A stretch of 64,000 bases of DNA from an uncultured Chloroflexia bacterium. GTDB taxonomy: Bacteria > Chloroflexota > Limnocylindria > QHBO01. The position numbers and the translations under genes were made by a program. Shown here piece by piece: positions 62,853-64,000 of the stretch (position 1 is its first letter; each line of letters starts with the position of its first letter). The notes under the pieces were generated by a model. That model had not been told where the DNA came from. It did no database searches and saw only the letters and a list, made by a program, of their open reading frames with translations. The stretch spans positions 1,684,459 to 1,748,458 of the forward strand of contig CAWAOJ010000002.1 in assembly GCA_963783725.1 (NCBI GenBank), written 5' to 3'.

Positions 62853-64000
62853 TCACCAGGCGGCGCGGGTGACGGTCAGCGGGTCGTAGCTCGTCGCCCC
62901 GCCCGAAGCCGACGCGGTCGGCGTGGCGGTGACGGCGGGAGCAGGGCTTCCGGCCCCGAAGGCCCGCGCCGAGAGGTATTGCTGCGCGCGCTCGAGGACC
63001 AGGTCGCGCTCCGGCGGGTTGGTCTTGGGGATGTCGACGACGATCGTGGGCTGCACGCCGTCGGGGTGGACGCTGTGGTGCTGCGGCGTGAACCAGCGCG
63101 AGATGGTGATCCGCACGCCGCCGTCGTTCTCCAGCGGAGCCCAGACCTGCACCGTGTTCTTGCCGAAGCTGTGCTGACCGATGACGGTCGCGCGTCCGAG
63201 CTCCTTCAGCGCCGCGCTGACGATCTCCGAGGCCGATGCGCTGCCGTTGTTGATCAGCACCACCAATGGCGTCGCGCGGTTGGTGGCCAGGCCGTAGCCG
63301 GAGATCGCCTCCCACTTCTTGACGTCGCCGCCGGCCGACTCCTGGCTGAAGATCAGCCCCGCCCCGACGAACTCGCTGGCGATCTTGCGCGCCGCCTCGA
63401 TGTAGCCGCCGGGGTTGTCGCGCAGGTCGAACACGATGCTCCGCGCGCCCGCCTTGAGCAGGTCGCCGAGCGCCTGGTGGAACTGGTCCGGGCTGGAGTC
63501 GGAGAAGCCGTGCAGCGCGATGTAGCCCACGTTGTCGGGCAGCATCTTGGTCTCGACCTCGCGCGTGGTGATCTGCCCGCGGGTGATGGTCAGGTCGAAG
63601 GTCTTGTCGCCGCGCCGCACGGTGAGCGTGACCTTCGTCCCGGCCTTGCCGCGCACGGTCGCGATCTGGTCGGACATCGTCGAGCCGTTGACGCTCTTGC
63701 CGTTGACCGCGGTCACGATGTCGCCGCTGTCGAGGCCCGCCTTGTCGGCCGGTGAGTCCTTGATCGGTGCCACGACGACCAGCACGCAGGTGTCCGACAG
63801 CTGCGGACAGGCCTCGAGGTTGCCCGGGTCGCTGATGTTCTTCATGGCCATCTCGGCGCCGATGCCCTCGAACTTTCCGGAGAGGTCGCCGAGCGCCTGG
63901 TCGTACTGCTGCGGCGGCATGTAGCCGCTGAACGGGTCTCCCACTCCGTACTGGAACATCCCCTGGATGGCGCCCTCGGCGAGCTTGGTGTCGTCGAGCT
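62853..64000 (-). CDS. S41 C-terminal processing peptidase (PDZ + peptidase domain), 5' end outside window
   Basis: PDZ segment (VVVAPIKDSPADKAGLDSGDIVTAVNG), then the S41 core (VGYIALHGF, VFDLRDNPGGY, VVLINNGSASASEIVSAALKE). The frame is still open at position 64000. Confidence 0.85.
   Translation of the reverse strand, partial: LDDTKLAEGAIQGMFQYGVGDPFSGYMPPQQYDQALGDLSGKFEGIGAEMAMKNISDPGNLEACPQLSDTCVLVVVAPIKDSPADKAGLDSGDIVTAVNGKSVNGSTMSDQIATVRGKAGTKVTLTVRRGDKTFDLTITRGQITTREVETKMLPDNVGYIALHGFSDSSPDQFHQALGDLLKAGARSIVFDLRDNPGGYIEAARKIASEFVGAGLIFSQESAGGDVKKWEAISGYGLATNRATPLVVLINNGSASASEIVSAALKELGRATVIGQHSFGKNTVQVWAPLENDGGVRITISRWFTPQHHSVHPDGVQPTIVVDIPKTNPPERDLVLERAQQYLSARAFGAGSPAPAVTATPTASASGGATSYDPLTVTRAAW

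Overview
This is a very GC-rich bacterial chromosomal segment. Third codon positions are almost all G/C, and the six-frame track is full of long Arg/Ala/Pro-rich shadow ORFs that I ignored. I saw no rRNA, tRNA, CRISPR array, transposase or integrase.

Content from left to right:
- Housekeeping genes: R3H/AAA ATPase, tmk, darA, DinB-like.
- A ~16 kb nuo (respiratory complex I) operon with a non-canonical layout. It runs nuoA-B-C-D-H, then nuoI split into two halves that bracket NuoE-like, NuoF-like and NuoG(2Fe-2S)/GltD-like modules, then an SRPBCC+NDUFA9-like SDR gene, then nuoJ-K-L-M-N.
- otsA/otsB.
- A sortase-like gene, an MFS exporter and a degenerate ABC pair.
- An ArsR-led phosphatidylinositol/PIM lipid cluster: PIP synthase, ino1, two acyltransferases, a PHP phosphoesterase, pimA.
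- A secreted peptidase and a lipoprotein.
- Two tandem two-domain GNATs.
- An ABC-2 exporter preceded by a structured RNA bounded by a promoter and a terminator.
- A LiaF-like/PspC pair.
- A protein-O-mannosylation-type cluster: GT-C/GT39 fusion, DUF2723, GT2.
- The replication-origin neighbourhood: BFN nuclease, PP2C-like membrane protein, DUF721, recF, dnaN, oriC, dnaA, then divergently rpmH, rnpA, yidD, yidC, jag.
- tmRNA, smpB and a partial Ctp peptidase.

The most unusual item is the complex I operon with a split nuoI and a nested input module.

Five otherwise intact genes show single-site frame breaks. This looks more like indel error in the assembly than gene decay. That caveat applies to every domain-fusion call below. 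All homology statements come from reading the translated sequences by eye; no searches were run.
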